Below are positions 9,555 through 19,271 of a DNA stretch of 64,000 bases, piece by piece (the stretch's first letter is position 1; every line of letters begins with the position of its first letter). The position numbers were made by a program, and so were the translations under genes. Where the stretch lies: contig OY970399.1 in NCBI GenBank assembly GCA_963720545.1, positions 896,001 to 960,000 on the forward strand. The letters are read 5' to 3'. Source of the stretch: an uncultured Acidobacteriota bacterium. Lineage in GTDB: Bacteria > Acidobacteriota > Vicinamibacteria > Fen-336. A model generated the notes under the pieces. The model made no database searches and had not been told where the DNA came from. It saw nothing but the letters and a program-made list of their open reading frames with translations.

Positions 9555-12399
9555 ATGGGCGCGGTGTCGGCTGCGGCAGGTGTCCAAGGGGAGTATGCTC
9601 TTGAGCCATCACCACTTAGGTCTCGGCCACTGGACCCCTCCACTTGCGAGTCGTGCGGCAGCGGCGAACCCATTGCTGCCGGCCTCTGCCTGAAATGCTC
9701 CTCCGGCGCGCTCAACACCGAGGATGTCGCTTCTCAGGACCTCGGCGCCGTTTCGAGTGACGCGCCGCCCGGTGGCGGCGGTGACGGACGCCGTTCCCTG
9801 TTCGCGCCCGGCCAGGCGTTCGGCACGCGCTACACGATCGTCGAACAGGTCGGCTCGGGCGGCATGGGCACCGTCTACAAGGCGCGCGACGGCGAGACCG
9901 CGCGCACCGTGGCGCTCAAGCTGCTGCGCCCGGACGTGGTCACGCGGGTCGGCGCCCTGTCGCGCTTCAAGCGTGAGCTGGCGCTGGCGCAGACGATCTC
10001 GCACCCGAACGTCTATCGCGTCCACGACCTCGGCGAGGTGCAAGGCACCGCCTTCATCAGCATGGAGTTCATCGAGGGCCAGAGCCTCGACGACCTGATC
10101 CACTCGATGGGCCATCTCTCGCCGCGCCAGACGGTGGCGATCGGCCGGCAGATCTGCGGCGGCCTGCAGGCAATCCACGAGAAGGCAATCGTGCACCGCG
10201 ACCTCAAGCCGTCGAACATCATGGTGGACCTGAACGGCGTCGCGCGGCTGATGGACTTCGGGCTCGCGTACCAGACAGGCTCCGAGCACCTCACGAGCGA
10301 AGGTCAGGTGCTCGGCACCATGGCGTATCTCTCGCCCGAACAGGCGCGCGGCGAAACCCTCGGCGCCGCCTCGGACGTGTTCGCGATGGGCCTCATCCTC
10401 TACGAGATGCTCACCGGCAAGCGCCCGCCGGGCGACGGCAAGCCCATTCCGCTGGCGCTGCGCGGCATCATCGAACCGTGCCCGAAGCCAAGCGTGTTCG
10501 TCCCCGAGATCCCGAAGGCGCTCGACGCCATCGTCATGCGCTGCCTCGACCGCGAACCGGCGAAGCGCTTCCAGTCCGCCGAAGCGCTGGGCGCGGCACT
10601 CGCCGCCATCGCCGCCGGCCAGACGACGCGCATCTCGCTCGGCGCATTGCGCCGTGCGTCGGGCCCGTACGAGGCGTCACGGCGACGACGCTGGCCGTGG
10701 CTGCTCGCAGCAGCGTTGCTGTCCGCGGCGCTGTTCGCCGTGCCGGCGGTACGCAGCAAGGTCGCGGGAATGTTCGGCCGCCACGCCGCACCGCCGCCGG
10801 TCGGCGTCGAAGTCGTAGGCGTGCTGCCGCTGCGGGTGGCGGCGGGCGATGCCGATGGCCAGGATCTCGCGGTCGGCATCGCCGACATGCTCGCGACCGA
10901 TCTCGACGAGGCGGGTTGCGGCTCGGTCCTGCCGCGCACGGCACTGACACACCTCGGCACCGAGGACGTGGACGTGCGCAAGGTCGCGGCCGACCTCGGT
11001 CTCACGCGCGTCGTCACCGGCACTGTCTCGGGCACGCCAGCGGCGATGCGCATGGAGATCAACACCTTCGCCGCGGACGGCAGCCTGGGCCCCGGGTACG
11101 AGGCCGAAGGCGACGCGCTCACGCTGCAGCGGAAAGTGGCCGACCGCTTGGTGGCAATCACCTGCGTCGGTGGCAGCACGCGCGCCGCGCGCGCGCCCAC
11201 TGGCAACGCGCCCGCTTTCCTCGCCTATGCGAAGGGGTTGCGCCTCCTCGATAGGCGCGACCTGCCAGGCAATGCGGCGTTGGCGGTGACTTCGCTCGGG
11301 GAGGCCACGCGCCTCGACCCCAACTTCGCGCTGGCGCACGCGGTCCTTGGCAGCGCATACATGCGGCGCTACGAGGAGACGCGTGAGACCGCCTACACGC
11401 GCAGTGCGCTCAGCGAGATCAGCAAAGCGCTGATACTCGACGCGACACAGCCGCGCGTGCGGCTCATCTACGCCGATGTCCAGCGGTCCGTTGGCGAAGG
11501 AAAGGCAGCTCGCGACGAGATCGAAAAGCTGATCGCCGATCATCCGGAAAACGACGAGGCGCGAGCCCTCTACAGCACGCTTCTGGCTCAGGACGGCGAG
11601 ACGGCGCGCGCCCTCGAGACGGCGCAGGCCGCCGTGGCGCGGCGGCCGAAATATTTCCAGAACCACGCGGCGCTCGGCTACGCCCATGCGATGCGCGGCG
11701 ACTTGCAGGGGTGCATCGACGCGTACACGGCCGCCACCAGCCTGCAGCCCGACTACGCCGACGGCTTCATCATGATGGGCGCGTGCGCGCAGAACGCGGG
11801 CGACAACCAGCGGCGCCCTCGGCTACTACGAGAAGGCGCGCGCGATGGTCAGCGACGCGACGCTCGACTCGAACATCGGCACCGTGCTCTACGACCAGGG
11901 CGAATTCCGGCAGGCGGCCGCGGCGTACGAGCGCGCCGCGAAAGCCATGCCGGGCGAGATGCTCTTCTGGTGGAACCTCGGCGATGCGCGCGAGCGGCTG
12001 GGCGAGCGCGAAGCGGCGCGCGCCGGCTGGAGCCGCGCGGTGTCGGTCGCGCGCCAGGCACTTTCGGTAGACGGCGAAAACGTCCTGACACGCGCGCGCC
12101 TCGGCCTCTGCGAGGCGAAGCTCGGAATGCTGGCGGAGGCGCGGCGAGACATGGACCAGGCCGTGCAGCTCGCACCCCAACGCGGCGAGGTGCTGGCCCT
12201 GCAGGCCGCGGCGCTGGCGGTGGCCGGGCAAAACGAAGAGTCGCTCGCGGCGCTGCGCAAGGCACTCGCGAACGGCTACAGCCGCGAACGCGCAGCGATC
12301 GACCACGACTTGCGCAGCCTGCGCAAGCTGCCCGAATGGGCCGAGCTGGTTTCGGCCGCACAGACAACGCCCGCGTCCGGGCCAGGAGGAACGCGATGA
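9555..12399 (+). CDS. Zn-ribbon + Hanks Ser/Thr kinase + TM + TolB_N-like + TPR receptor-like kinase 1, with one extra base at ~11811-11814
   Basis: CESC...CLKC, GSGGMG, VALK, HRDLKPSN, DFG, SPE, TM WPWLLAAALL; TPRs continue in the frame of ORF 11845..12399 (GALGYYEKARAMVSD...), colinear with paralogue 2; start uncertain. Confidence 0.88.
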
Positions 12400-12878
12400 A
12401 AAGTACTTCGATGGGCGCCGTTTTGCTGTTGGGCACAACGCTCGGCTGCAGTGCGCACCTGTCACCAGTCGACTACTGGCGGCCGCCGAACGAACCGATC
12501 AAGGTGGTGGTGATGCTGCACCCCACACCAGCCAACAAGTGCGTCTCGGTGACGCTGCCGCAGGTGATCTGGGTCGATTCCGGCGACAAGGTGCAGTGGG
12601 ACGTCGTCAACACTTGTCCGGGCAATCCCGAAGTCGTGATGCGCTTCGAGCGCGCCGTGGTGGCGTTCCAGGCGATCGACCGCTTCCCCGGCGACAAGGA
12701 CGCCAAGAAGTACGAGGCCAGACGCGATGGCCGCCAGGAGGAGCAATCGCCGCCTTTCCGCTTTCGCGCCGAGGGCACCGCACAGGGAGAGCGTGGCCTG
12801 CGGGTGAAGTACCGGATCCTCGTGGACAGCCAGGAAGTCGAGGATCCGGGGATCGGGTTCAAGCCGCCGGGAAAGTAG
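12396..12878 (+). CDS. Small exported (lipo)protein, partner 1 of the kinase module
   Basis: RBS AGGAGG, ATGA overlap with the kinase stop, lipobox-like VLLLGTTLG-C; motifs KC..VT.P...GD.V.W...CP and KY...EDP.I. Confidence 0.8.
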   Translation: MKSTSMGAVLLLGTTLGCSAHLSPVDYWRPPNEPIKVVVMLHPTPANKCVSVTLPQVIWVDSGDKVQWDVVNTCPGNPEVVMRFERAVVAFQAIDRFPGDKDAKKYEARRDGRQEEQSPPFRFRAEGTAQGERGLRVKYRILVDSQEVEDPGIGFKPPGK

Positions 12879-12887
12879 CGGCGGCGG

Positions 12888-15617
12888 TTGGCCTCGGCGC
12901 TTTGCGACGTCTGCGGAACCGTAACGCCTCCGGGGAGCGGTGCGTGTCCGAGGTGCTCCTCCTCGGACGGCTTCGTCACCGCTGAGGTCGGGTCGGTGCC
13001 GGCCGATGGCCGTGACGAGCCGGTCGGGGCCGCCTTGCGGCGCGGTCCGCTGCTGCGCCTCGGGGAGCGGTTCGGGCCGCGCTATTCGATCGTCGAGCAG
13101 GTGGGCGCCGGCGGTATGGGCACCGTCTACAAGGCGGTGGACAACGAGACCGGCCAGGTCGTTGCGCTCAAGCTGATCCGCTCCGACCGCATCGCGCGCG
13201 CGGGTGCCCTGACGCGCTTCAAGCGCGAGCTGGCGCTGGCGCAGAAGGTCTCGCATCCCAACGTTTACCGGGTCCACGACCTCGGTGAAGTGGACGGCAA
13301 CGCCTACATCAGCATGCAGTACATCGACGGCCAGAGCCTCGAAGACCTGATCCACTCGATGGGCCACCTCTCGCCGCGGCAGACCGTGAAGCTTGGCCGG
13401 CAGGTGTGCGACGGCCTGCAGGCAATCCACGAGAACGCCATCGTGCACCGCGACCTCAAGCCATCGAACATCATGGTGGACACCGCCGGCGTGGCGCGTC
13501 TCATGGACTTCGGCCTCGCCTACGAAACCGGCTCGGAGCACCTGACCAGCGAGGGCACGGTGCTCGGCACGATGTCGTACCTGTCGCCCGAACAGGCGCG
13601 CGGCGAGCGCGTGGGGCCGCCGTCCGATGTGTTCGCGCTGGGCCTCATCCTCTACGAGATGCTCACCGGTCGCCGGCCGCCCGGCGACGCGAGCCCGGTG
13701 CCGCTCGCGATGCGCGACAACGGAGCGAGCTGCCCACGGCCCAGCCAGTTCGTGCCCGAGGTGCCGCGCGCGATCGACGCGCTGGTGATGCGCGCGCTGG
13801 AGCGCGACCCGGCGCGGCGCTTCCCCACGGCTGCCGCGCTGCGCGCCGCGCTCGACGCCATCGAGCCGCCATCCAGCGGCCATGCCACGCCGGCGCGGCC
13901 GCTGTCGCGGCCCTCCGGCGCCTTCGTGGTGCAGCGTTCGAGCCGCTGGCCGTGGCTCGCCGCCGGGTCTGTGGTCGCGGTACTGGCAATCGCGGCGGCA
14001 CGCGGCTGGCTCGCGCCACGGCCGGCGCCCGCTGCCGCGGTGGCGCCGATCATTGGTATTGCGCCGTGGAGCGTCGCGGCGGGCGATGGTGTCGCCGACG
14101 ACGTCTCGGCCGGCCTCGCCGACGGCCTTGCCACCGACATCGGCGACGGCGGCTGCGCAACCGTGGTCGCACGCACCGAGGTGGCGCGCGCCGATCCCGG
14201 AGGCCGCAGCCCCGGCGCCGCCGCCGCGCGGCTGGGGCTGACGCACGTGCTGAGCGGCAGCCTCTCGCGGTCGCCGGCCGGCTACCGCGTCGAGATGAAC
14301 CTGGTGGCTGCCGACGGCAACGTGGTGTCGCGCGTCGCCGACGCCGACAGCGACGCGTTCGCGCTGCGGCGCCGCCTGGCCGATGGGCTGGTGGGTGCGC
14401 TCTGCGTCGGCGCCGCGCGGCCCGTGGCGGCGCACGGCACCACAGACGTCGGGGCCTTCCTCGACTACTCCCACGGACTGCGCCTCCTCGAGCGTTCCGA
14501 CCAACCCGATGCGGTCGCGGCCGCCATCGCGTCCCTCGAGAAGGCGATCGCCGCCGACCCGGCCTTCGCCATGGCGCACGCCGCGCTCGGCGACGCCTAT
14601 CTTGCGCAATACCGGATCGCGCCCAACGAGGTGCTGCCCGGCAAGGCGCTGAACGCCGCAAGCGAAGCGCTCCGGCTGGCGCCGCGCGCACCGCGCGTGC
14701 GCCTCCTCTACGCCCGCGCCAAGCGCCTGATGGGCTCGAGCGCCTCGGCCGCTGCCGAGTTGCACGCGCTGGTCGAGGAGCGGCCGAAAGATCCCGAAGT
14801 CCACGCAGCTCTCGGCGCGCTCTATGTGGATCTCGCCGACTGGCCGAACGCAGTGGACCACTACCAGAAGGCGCTCGCCCTGCGCCCGGACTACTGGGGC
14901 AGCCACGCGCGGCTCGGCTTCGCTTACTTGAAGATGGGCCGGGTGGACGACGCGGTCGCGGCCTACATGCACGCGACCGTGCTGCAGCCCGACAACGCCC
15001 AGGCACTGCAGATGCTCGGGACCGCATACGTCGCGCAGGGCGACCTCCCGCGAGCGCGGGACAGCTACTCCAAGGCGATCGCGCTGCGTCCCGACTCGAT
15101 GTCGTTCCTCAACCTCGGCACGATCGAGTTCGACAGCGGCGACTTCGCGGCCGCGAAGCGCTCGTACGCGCGCGCGGTGGACCTCGACGAGGGCCGCGCG
15201 GCGCTGTGGCGGGGCCTGGGCGACGCGAACGCCGCGCTCGGAATGCGCGACGATGCGCGCCGCAGCTTTGAGGAGTGTGCGCGCCTCTCGCGACTCGCGG
15301 CCAGCCTCGATGGCGCCAATGCCGAGGCGCTCGCGGAGGGCGCGGTGTGCGCACAAAAGCTCGGTGACAGCGCCGCTGCAGAGCGCGACATCGCGCGGGC
15401 GGTGGCGCTCGCGCCGAAGAATGGCGAAGTGCTCTACCTGTCGGCGCTGGTGCGGCTGCTGCAGGGACGCGACCAGGACGCGATCGCGGCGGTACGCGAC
15501 GCGGTCGGCAGCGGCTACTCGGCGCAGCGGCCGAAACAGGACTACGAGTTCCGCAAGTTGCGCGACAATGCGGCATTCGCCAGCGCGCTCGCGGCTGGAC
15601 CGGACGGGAGGCACTGA
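12888..15617 (+). CDS. Zn-ribbon + Hanks Ser/Thr kinase + TM + TolB_N-like + TPR receptor-like kinase 2
   Basis: CDVC...CPRC, GAGGMG, HRDLKPSN, DFG, SPE, TM RWPWLAAGSVVAVLAIAAA, multiple TPRs; TTG start. Confidence 0.9.
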   Translation: MASALCDVCGTVTPPGSGACPRCSSSDGFVTAEVGSVPADGRDEPVGAALRRGPLLRLGERFGPRYSIVEQVGAGGMGTVYKAVDNETGQVVALKLIRSDRIARAGALTRFKRELALAQKVSHPNVYRVHDLGEVDGNAYISMQYIDGQSLEDLIHSMGHLSPRQTVKLGRQVCDGLQAIHENAIVHRDLKPSNIMVDTAGVARLMDFGLAYETGSEHLTSEGTVLGTMSYLSPEQARGERVGPPSDVFALGLILYEMLTGRRPPGDASPVPLAMRDNGASCPRPSQFVPEVPRAIDALVMRALERDPARRFPTAAALRAALDAIEPPSSGHATPARPLSRPSGAFVVQRSSRWPWLAAGSVVAVLAIAAARGWLAPRPAPAAAVAPIIGIAPWSVAAGDGVADDVSAGLADGLATDIGDGGCATVVARTEVARADPGGRSPGAAAARLGLTHVLSGSLSRSPAGYRVEMNLVAADGNVVSRVADADSDAFALRRRLADGLVGALCVGAARPVAAHGTTDVGAFLDYSHGLRLLERSDQPDAVAAAIASLEKAIAADPAFAMAHAALGDAYLAQYRIAPNEVLPGKALNAASEALRLAPRAPRVRLLYARAKRLMGSSASAAAELHALVEERPKDPEVHAALGALYVDLADWPNAVDHYQKALALRPDYWGSHARLGFAYLKMGRVDDAVAAYMHATVLQPDNAQALQMLGTAYVAQGDLPRARDSYSKAIALRPDSMSFLNLGTIEFDSGDFAAAKRSYARAVDLDEGRAALWRGLGDANAALGMRDDARRSFEECARLSRLAASLDGANAEALAEGAVCAQKLGDSAAAERDIARAVALAPKNGEVLYLSALVRLLQGRDQDAIAAVRDAVGSGYSAQRPKQDYEFRKLRDNAAFASALAAGPDGRH

Positions 15618-15618
15618 G

Positions 15619-16185
15619 GTGCGACGATCGAGGCTGGTTCGAAACGTGCTGGCGGCGCCGCTCCCGCTCCTTGCCCTGGCCGCGGCCGCCGCGCCGGCAG
15701 CGGCAGCTACCGTGACGATCACCGTGTTCCTGCGCGTGGACGCCGCCGGCAAGTGCACGACCGTCACGCCCGGTGTCGCCGAAGCGGCGCCCGGCGACAC
15801 GCTCGAGTGGCGGGTGGTGCACGTGCGCAGCGGCGGCAACGGCTGCCCCGCCGCGACGCGCCTGCAGGTGGAGTTCCCCAGGCTCGCCGTCGGCCACGTG
15901 GCGGCACCCGCGGCGCAGCCCGCAGCCGAGCAGGTGGAAGAGGCCGCGTTCACCACCCGGCGCGAGGCGCTCGACCGCCGCCTCGCCCCGGCCGACCGCG
16001 AGAAGCTGCGTCGCTTCGCCACCCGCGCCGAGCCCGCCCCGGGCGGCGAGATGACGATCGGCGCCGCGTTCGCCTCGCGCCTCACCGCGAAGGCGATCGG
16101 CGCGCCTGGTCTCTACAAGTACAACGTGCGCATCGTCGGCGGCGCCATCGAGGACCCGCCGATCAAGATCATGAGCCCGCCCTAG
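15619..16185 (+). CDS. Small secreted protein, partner 2 of the kinase module
   Basis: GTG 1 nt after the kinase stop; signal peptide LAAPLPLLALAAAAAPAAAA; same motifs as partner 1 (KCTTVTPG...GDTLEW...CP, KYNV...EDPPI). Confidence 0.75.
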   Translation: MRRSRLVRNVLAAPLPLLALAAAAAPAAAATVTITVFLRVDAAGKCTTVTPGVAEAAPGDTLEWRVVHVRSGGNGCPAATRLQVEFPRLAVGHVAAPAAQPAAEQVEEAAFTTRREALDRRLAPADREKLRRFATRAEPAPGGEMTIGAAFASRLTAKAIGAPGLYKYNVRIVGGAIEDPPIKIMSPP

Positions 16186-16194
16186 CCGAAGCCG

Positions 16195-17832
16195 TCAGAT
16201 GTGGACGCCCGGCGCCTCGTGGCCGGTGCGCTCCACGTACTCGACGTACGAGCCCGGGTAGAGGTGCGGCTGCGGTTCGGTGCCGGTCTCGCCGCCCAGC
16301 TCCAGCACGCGGTTGCTGAGGCCGCGCAGGAAGGTGCGGTCGTGAGAGACGAACAGCATCGTGCCCTCGTAGTCGCGAAGCGCCTCGACCAGCATTTCCT
16401 TCGTCGCCAGGTCGAGATGGTTGGTAGGCTCGTCGAGCACCAGGAAGTTGGGCGGGTCGTTCAGCATGCGCGCGATCACCAGGCGCGACTTCTCGCCGCC
16501 TGAGAGCGCGCGAATCTTCTTCTCGACGTCCTCCCCGGAGAACTGGAAGGCGCCGAGCAGCCCGCGCAGGGCGCCAACCGTCTCCATCGGGAAATCGCGC
16601 TGGAACTGCTCCCAGATGGTGAGGCTCGGGTCGAGCAGGTCGAGCGACTGTTGCGCGAAATACCCGAGCTTGAGGCTGGCGCCGAGCTTGACGGCGCCGC
16701 TGTCGGGCGCCAGCTGGCCCGCGACCATGCGCAGCAGCGTCGTCTTGCCGGCACCGTTTCGGCCCATGACGCACCAGCGTTCGCCGCGGCGGATCACCAT
16801 GCTCAGGCCGTCGTGGACCACGCGGCGGCCGTACGATTTCGCGACCGAGTCGAGGGTTGCCACCTCGTCGCCCGAGCGCGGCGGGCGGCGGAAGTCGAAG
16901 CGCACCACCACGCGCTTCTTCGGCAGCTCGATCTTCTCGATCTTCTCGAGCGCCTTCACCCGGCTCTGCACCTGCGCCGCCTTCGCAGCGTGCGCGGAGA
17001 AGCGGTCGATGAAACGCTGCTCCTTGGCGAGCATCGCCTGCTGGCGCGCGTACGCGGCCTCGCGATTCTGCTCGCGGATGGCGCGCTCGCGCTCGTAGAA
17101 GTCGTAATCGCCCGAATACACCGTGATCTCGCCCGAGTCGATCTCGGCGACCTTCGCGACGATGCGGTTCATGAAGGCGCGGTCGTGCGAGGTCATCAGC
17201 AAGGCGCTCGGCACCGACTGCAGGAACTGCTCCAGCCAGAGGATCGACTCGATGTCGAGGTGGTTGGTGGGCTCGTCCATCAGCAGCACGTCGGGCCGCC
17301 CCAGCAGCACCCGCGCCATCGCGACCCGCATCTTCCAGCCGCCGGAGAGGGCGCCGACGTCGCCGTCGATGCGCTCGTCGTCGAAGCCCAGGCCATGCAG
17401 CACCTCGCGCGCGCGGCTCTCGAGCGCGTAGCCGCCGAGGTGGTCGTACTCCTCCTGCACCTCGCCGAAGCGCGCCAGCACCTTGTCCATGTCGTCGGCT
17501 TGTTCGGGATCGCCCATCGCGTGCTGCAGCGCCTCGAGCTCGTGGTGCAGAGAACCGAGCCGGCCGCTGCCGGCGATCGCCTCGTCGAGCACCGAGCGCC
17601 CCGACATCTCCTCGACGTCCTGGCGGAAGTAGCCGATGGTGAGCTTCTTTGGCACCGACACCTCGCCGTCGTCGGCTGTCTCCTCGCCGACGATCATGCG
17701 GAAGAGCGTCGTCTTGCCGGCGCCGTTCGGGCCGACGAGGCCGACCTTCTCGCCCGGATTGAGCTGGAAGGAGGCGTCGACGAACAGGAGTTGCCGCCCG
17801 TACTGCTTGTTGACCGAGGCGAACGAGATCAC
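16195..17832 (-). CDS. ABC-F family ATPase (ribosome-associated)
   Basis: Two ABC domains (GPNGAGKT/LSGGW/DEPTNHLD and GRNGAGKT/LSGGE/DEPTNHLD), interdomain linker, no TM; GTG start overlaps the WYL stop. Confidence 0.93.
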   Translation of the reverse strand: MISFASVNKQYGRQLLFVDASFQLNPGEKVGLVGPNGAGKTTLFRMIVGEETADDGEVSVPKKLTIGYFRQDVEEMSGRSVLDEAIAGSGRLGSLHHELEALQHAMGDPEQADDMDKVLARFGEVQEEYDHLGGYALESRAREVLHGLGFDDERIDGDVGALSGGWKMRVAMARVLLGRPDVLLMDEPTNHLDIESILWLEQFLQSVPSALLMTSHDRAFMNRIVAKVAEIDSGEITVYSGDYDFYERERAIREQNREAAYARQQAMLAKEQRFIDRFSAHAAKAAQVQSRVKALEKIEKIELPKKRVVVRFDFRRPPRSGDEVATLDSVAKSYGRRVVHDGLSMVIRRGERWCVMGRNGAGKTTLLRMVAGQLAPDSGAVKLGASLKLGYFAQQSLDLLDPSLTIWEQFQRDFPMETVGALRGLLGAFQFSGEDVEKKIRALSGGEKSRLVIARMLNDPPNFLVLDEPTNHLDLATKEMLVEALRDYEGTMLFVSHDRTFLRGLSNRVLELGGETGTEPQPHLYPGSYVEYVERTGHEAPGVHI

Positions 17833-18803
17833 TCGAAGCTGCGCCGGGCTTTTTCGATGTCCTTCGCGACCGAGTCGCGCAGCGACGCCGGCTGGATGAC
17901 CCGCGAGTGCGGCAGGAAGCTCTTCACCCACGCCTGCAGCTCGAAGCCGGGCGAGACGTTCATCCGCAGGACCACCGAGCCGTCGGGCTTGTCGGTCAGC
18001 TCCTGGCTCTCGTGCCAGACGCGCTCGCGGATGTAACCCGCGATCTCGGCGTCGAAGGCGATCTCGACCTTCTCCGGCTTGCCGCCGGCGATGCCGAAGG
18101 CGCCGCGGCCGTAGTCGGCGATGTCGAAGTCGGCGGGCACCTGGAACTTCTCGTCGAGCACCTCGATGCGCTCGATGCGCTCCACCGCGAAGGTGCGCAC
18201 CTGCGCGTGTTCCTCGGAGCGCGCGTACAGGTAGAGGCCGCCGTGGTAGTAGACGACGCGGTAGGGATCGAGCGTGTACGACTTGGTGCGCTTCGAGCTG
18301 AACGAGAAGTAGGCGATGCGCGCGCGCCGCTGGTGCAGGGTCGCGTCGATCAGCGCCTCGATCACGTCGCGCTTCTTCGAGTAGTCCTTCCACGGATCGG
18401 GGCGGGTGGCGAACAGCCCCTGCACGCGCGCCAGGTACGGCAGGCTCTTCGCCGGCAGCGCCTCCTGGATCTTGGCGAACGCCGACTCGAGGTCAGCGGC
18501 GAACGGCGAGCCGCCGAGGAACGACATCAGGTTCTTGCTGAAGAAGAGCGCCGACAGCTCGGCGAGCGAGAAGGTCTGCGCGAGCTTCTGGCGGTAGCCC
18601 TCGATGAGTTTCCACACCTTCTTGCCGCTGTCGGCGCGCTCGTCGTAGAGCGGGAAGCCGGCTTCCTGCAGCGCCTCGATGTCGCGGCGGATGGTGCGCT
18701 CGGTGACGCCGTGCTCCGCCGCCATCGCCTGCGTGGTGGTGTAGCGGCCGGTTTCGATCGTCTTCAGGATCCGCCATTGGCGGATCACCTCGGCGTTGCG
18801 CAT
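17829..18803 (-). CDS. HTH-WYL-WCX transcriptional regulator (YafY/PafBC/DriD-like)
   Basis: wHTH GVTERTIRRDIEALQEAGFP; WYL LDPYRVVYYHGGLYLYA...RTFAVERI; WCX ERVWHESQ, VIQPASLR. Confidence 0.92.
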   Translation of the reverse strand: MRNAEVIRQWRILKTIETGRYTTTQAMAAEHGVTERTIRRDIEALQEAGFPLYDERADSGKKVWKLIEGYRQKLAQTFSLAELSALFFSKNLMSFLGGSPFAADLESAFAKIQEALPAKSLPYLARVQGLFATRPDPWKDYSKKRDVIEALIDATLHQRRARIAYFSFSSKRTKSYTLDPYRVVYYHGGLYLYARSEEHAQVRTFAVERIERIEVLDEKFQVPADFDIADYGRGAFGIAGGKPEKVEIAFDAEIAGYIRERVWHESQELTDKPDGSVVLRMNVSPGFELQAWVKSFLPHSRVIQPASLRDSVAKDIEKARRSFE

Positions 18804-18854
18804 CTTCGTTCGGAGCCGATTCTAAGCCGGTTCCACGGGCCGTTCCGGCCGCTG

Positions 18855-18884
18855 TGGACAGTTCGACGACCGTGCCTCTATACT
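18855..18884 (+). promoter_or_regulatory. Putative sigma70 promoter of the Zn-protein/nucleoside operon, divergent from the WYL gene
   Basis: TGGACA-N18-TATACT on +; TAGAAT -10 on the minus strand at ~18819-18824. Confidence 0.5.
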
Positions 18885-18911
18885 GCGCCCCTTCCCCTTC
18901 GGAGGACCCCA

Positions 18912-19256
18912 ATGTCGGAGCGTCCTTTGCGTCTTGGCGACGTCGTGGATGATTACTGCCCGAAGTGCCGGCTGCTGCTCAATCACGACATCGCCAGCAT
19001 CTATGACGGCCGCATCGCAAAGACCACCTGCCGGACCTGCCTCAACACGCACGACTACAAGGAAGGCAAGGCGCCGCCGAAGCGGGTCACCAAGAAGAAG
19101 GACAGCGTGCAGAGCCTGATGGACCAGGTGCTCGCGGGGATGCCGGGGATGAGCGCCGCCGCCGCCGCGGCGGAGTCGGTGGAGCAACCGGCGCCGCCGC
19201 CGGTGCGCAAGAAGCGCGACCTGTGGGCAGACCTCGAACGTATCAAGAAACGATAG
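18912..19256 (+). CDS. Small Zn-ribbon-like hypothetical protein
   Basis: RBS GGAGG; DDYCPKC...H...CRTC...H metal-binding pattern, basic tail. Confidence 0.75.
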   Translation: MSERPLRLGDVVDDYCPKCRLLLNHDIASIYDGRIAKTTCRTCLNTHDYKEGKAPPKRVTKKKDSVQSLMDQVLAGMPGMSAAAAAAESVEQPAPPPVRKKRDLWADLERIKKR

Positions 19257-19271
19257 GGGGCCAGAACTCGC

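Noticed and set aside
9555..12878. 1107-aa kinase fused to the small protein, as in the ORF track
   Set aside because: Caused by the extra base at ~11812; the true TPR frame ends at 12399 and the partner has its own RBS, ATG and signal peptide.
12462..16085. 1207-aa minus ORF, and similarly 41809..45936 on +
   Set aside because: Antisense shadows of clearly identified genes.
17829..18803. WYL gene as marker of an anti-phage defence island
   Set aside because: No recognisable defence genes nearby; neighbours are ABC-F and salvage genes.
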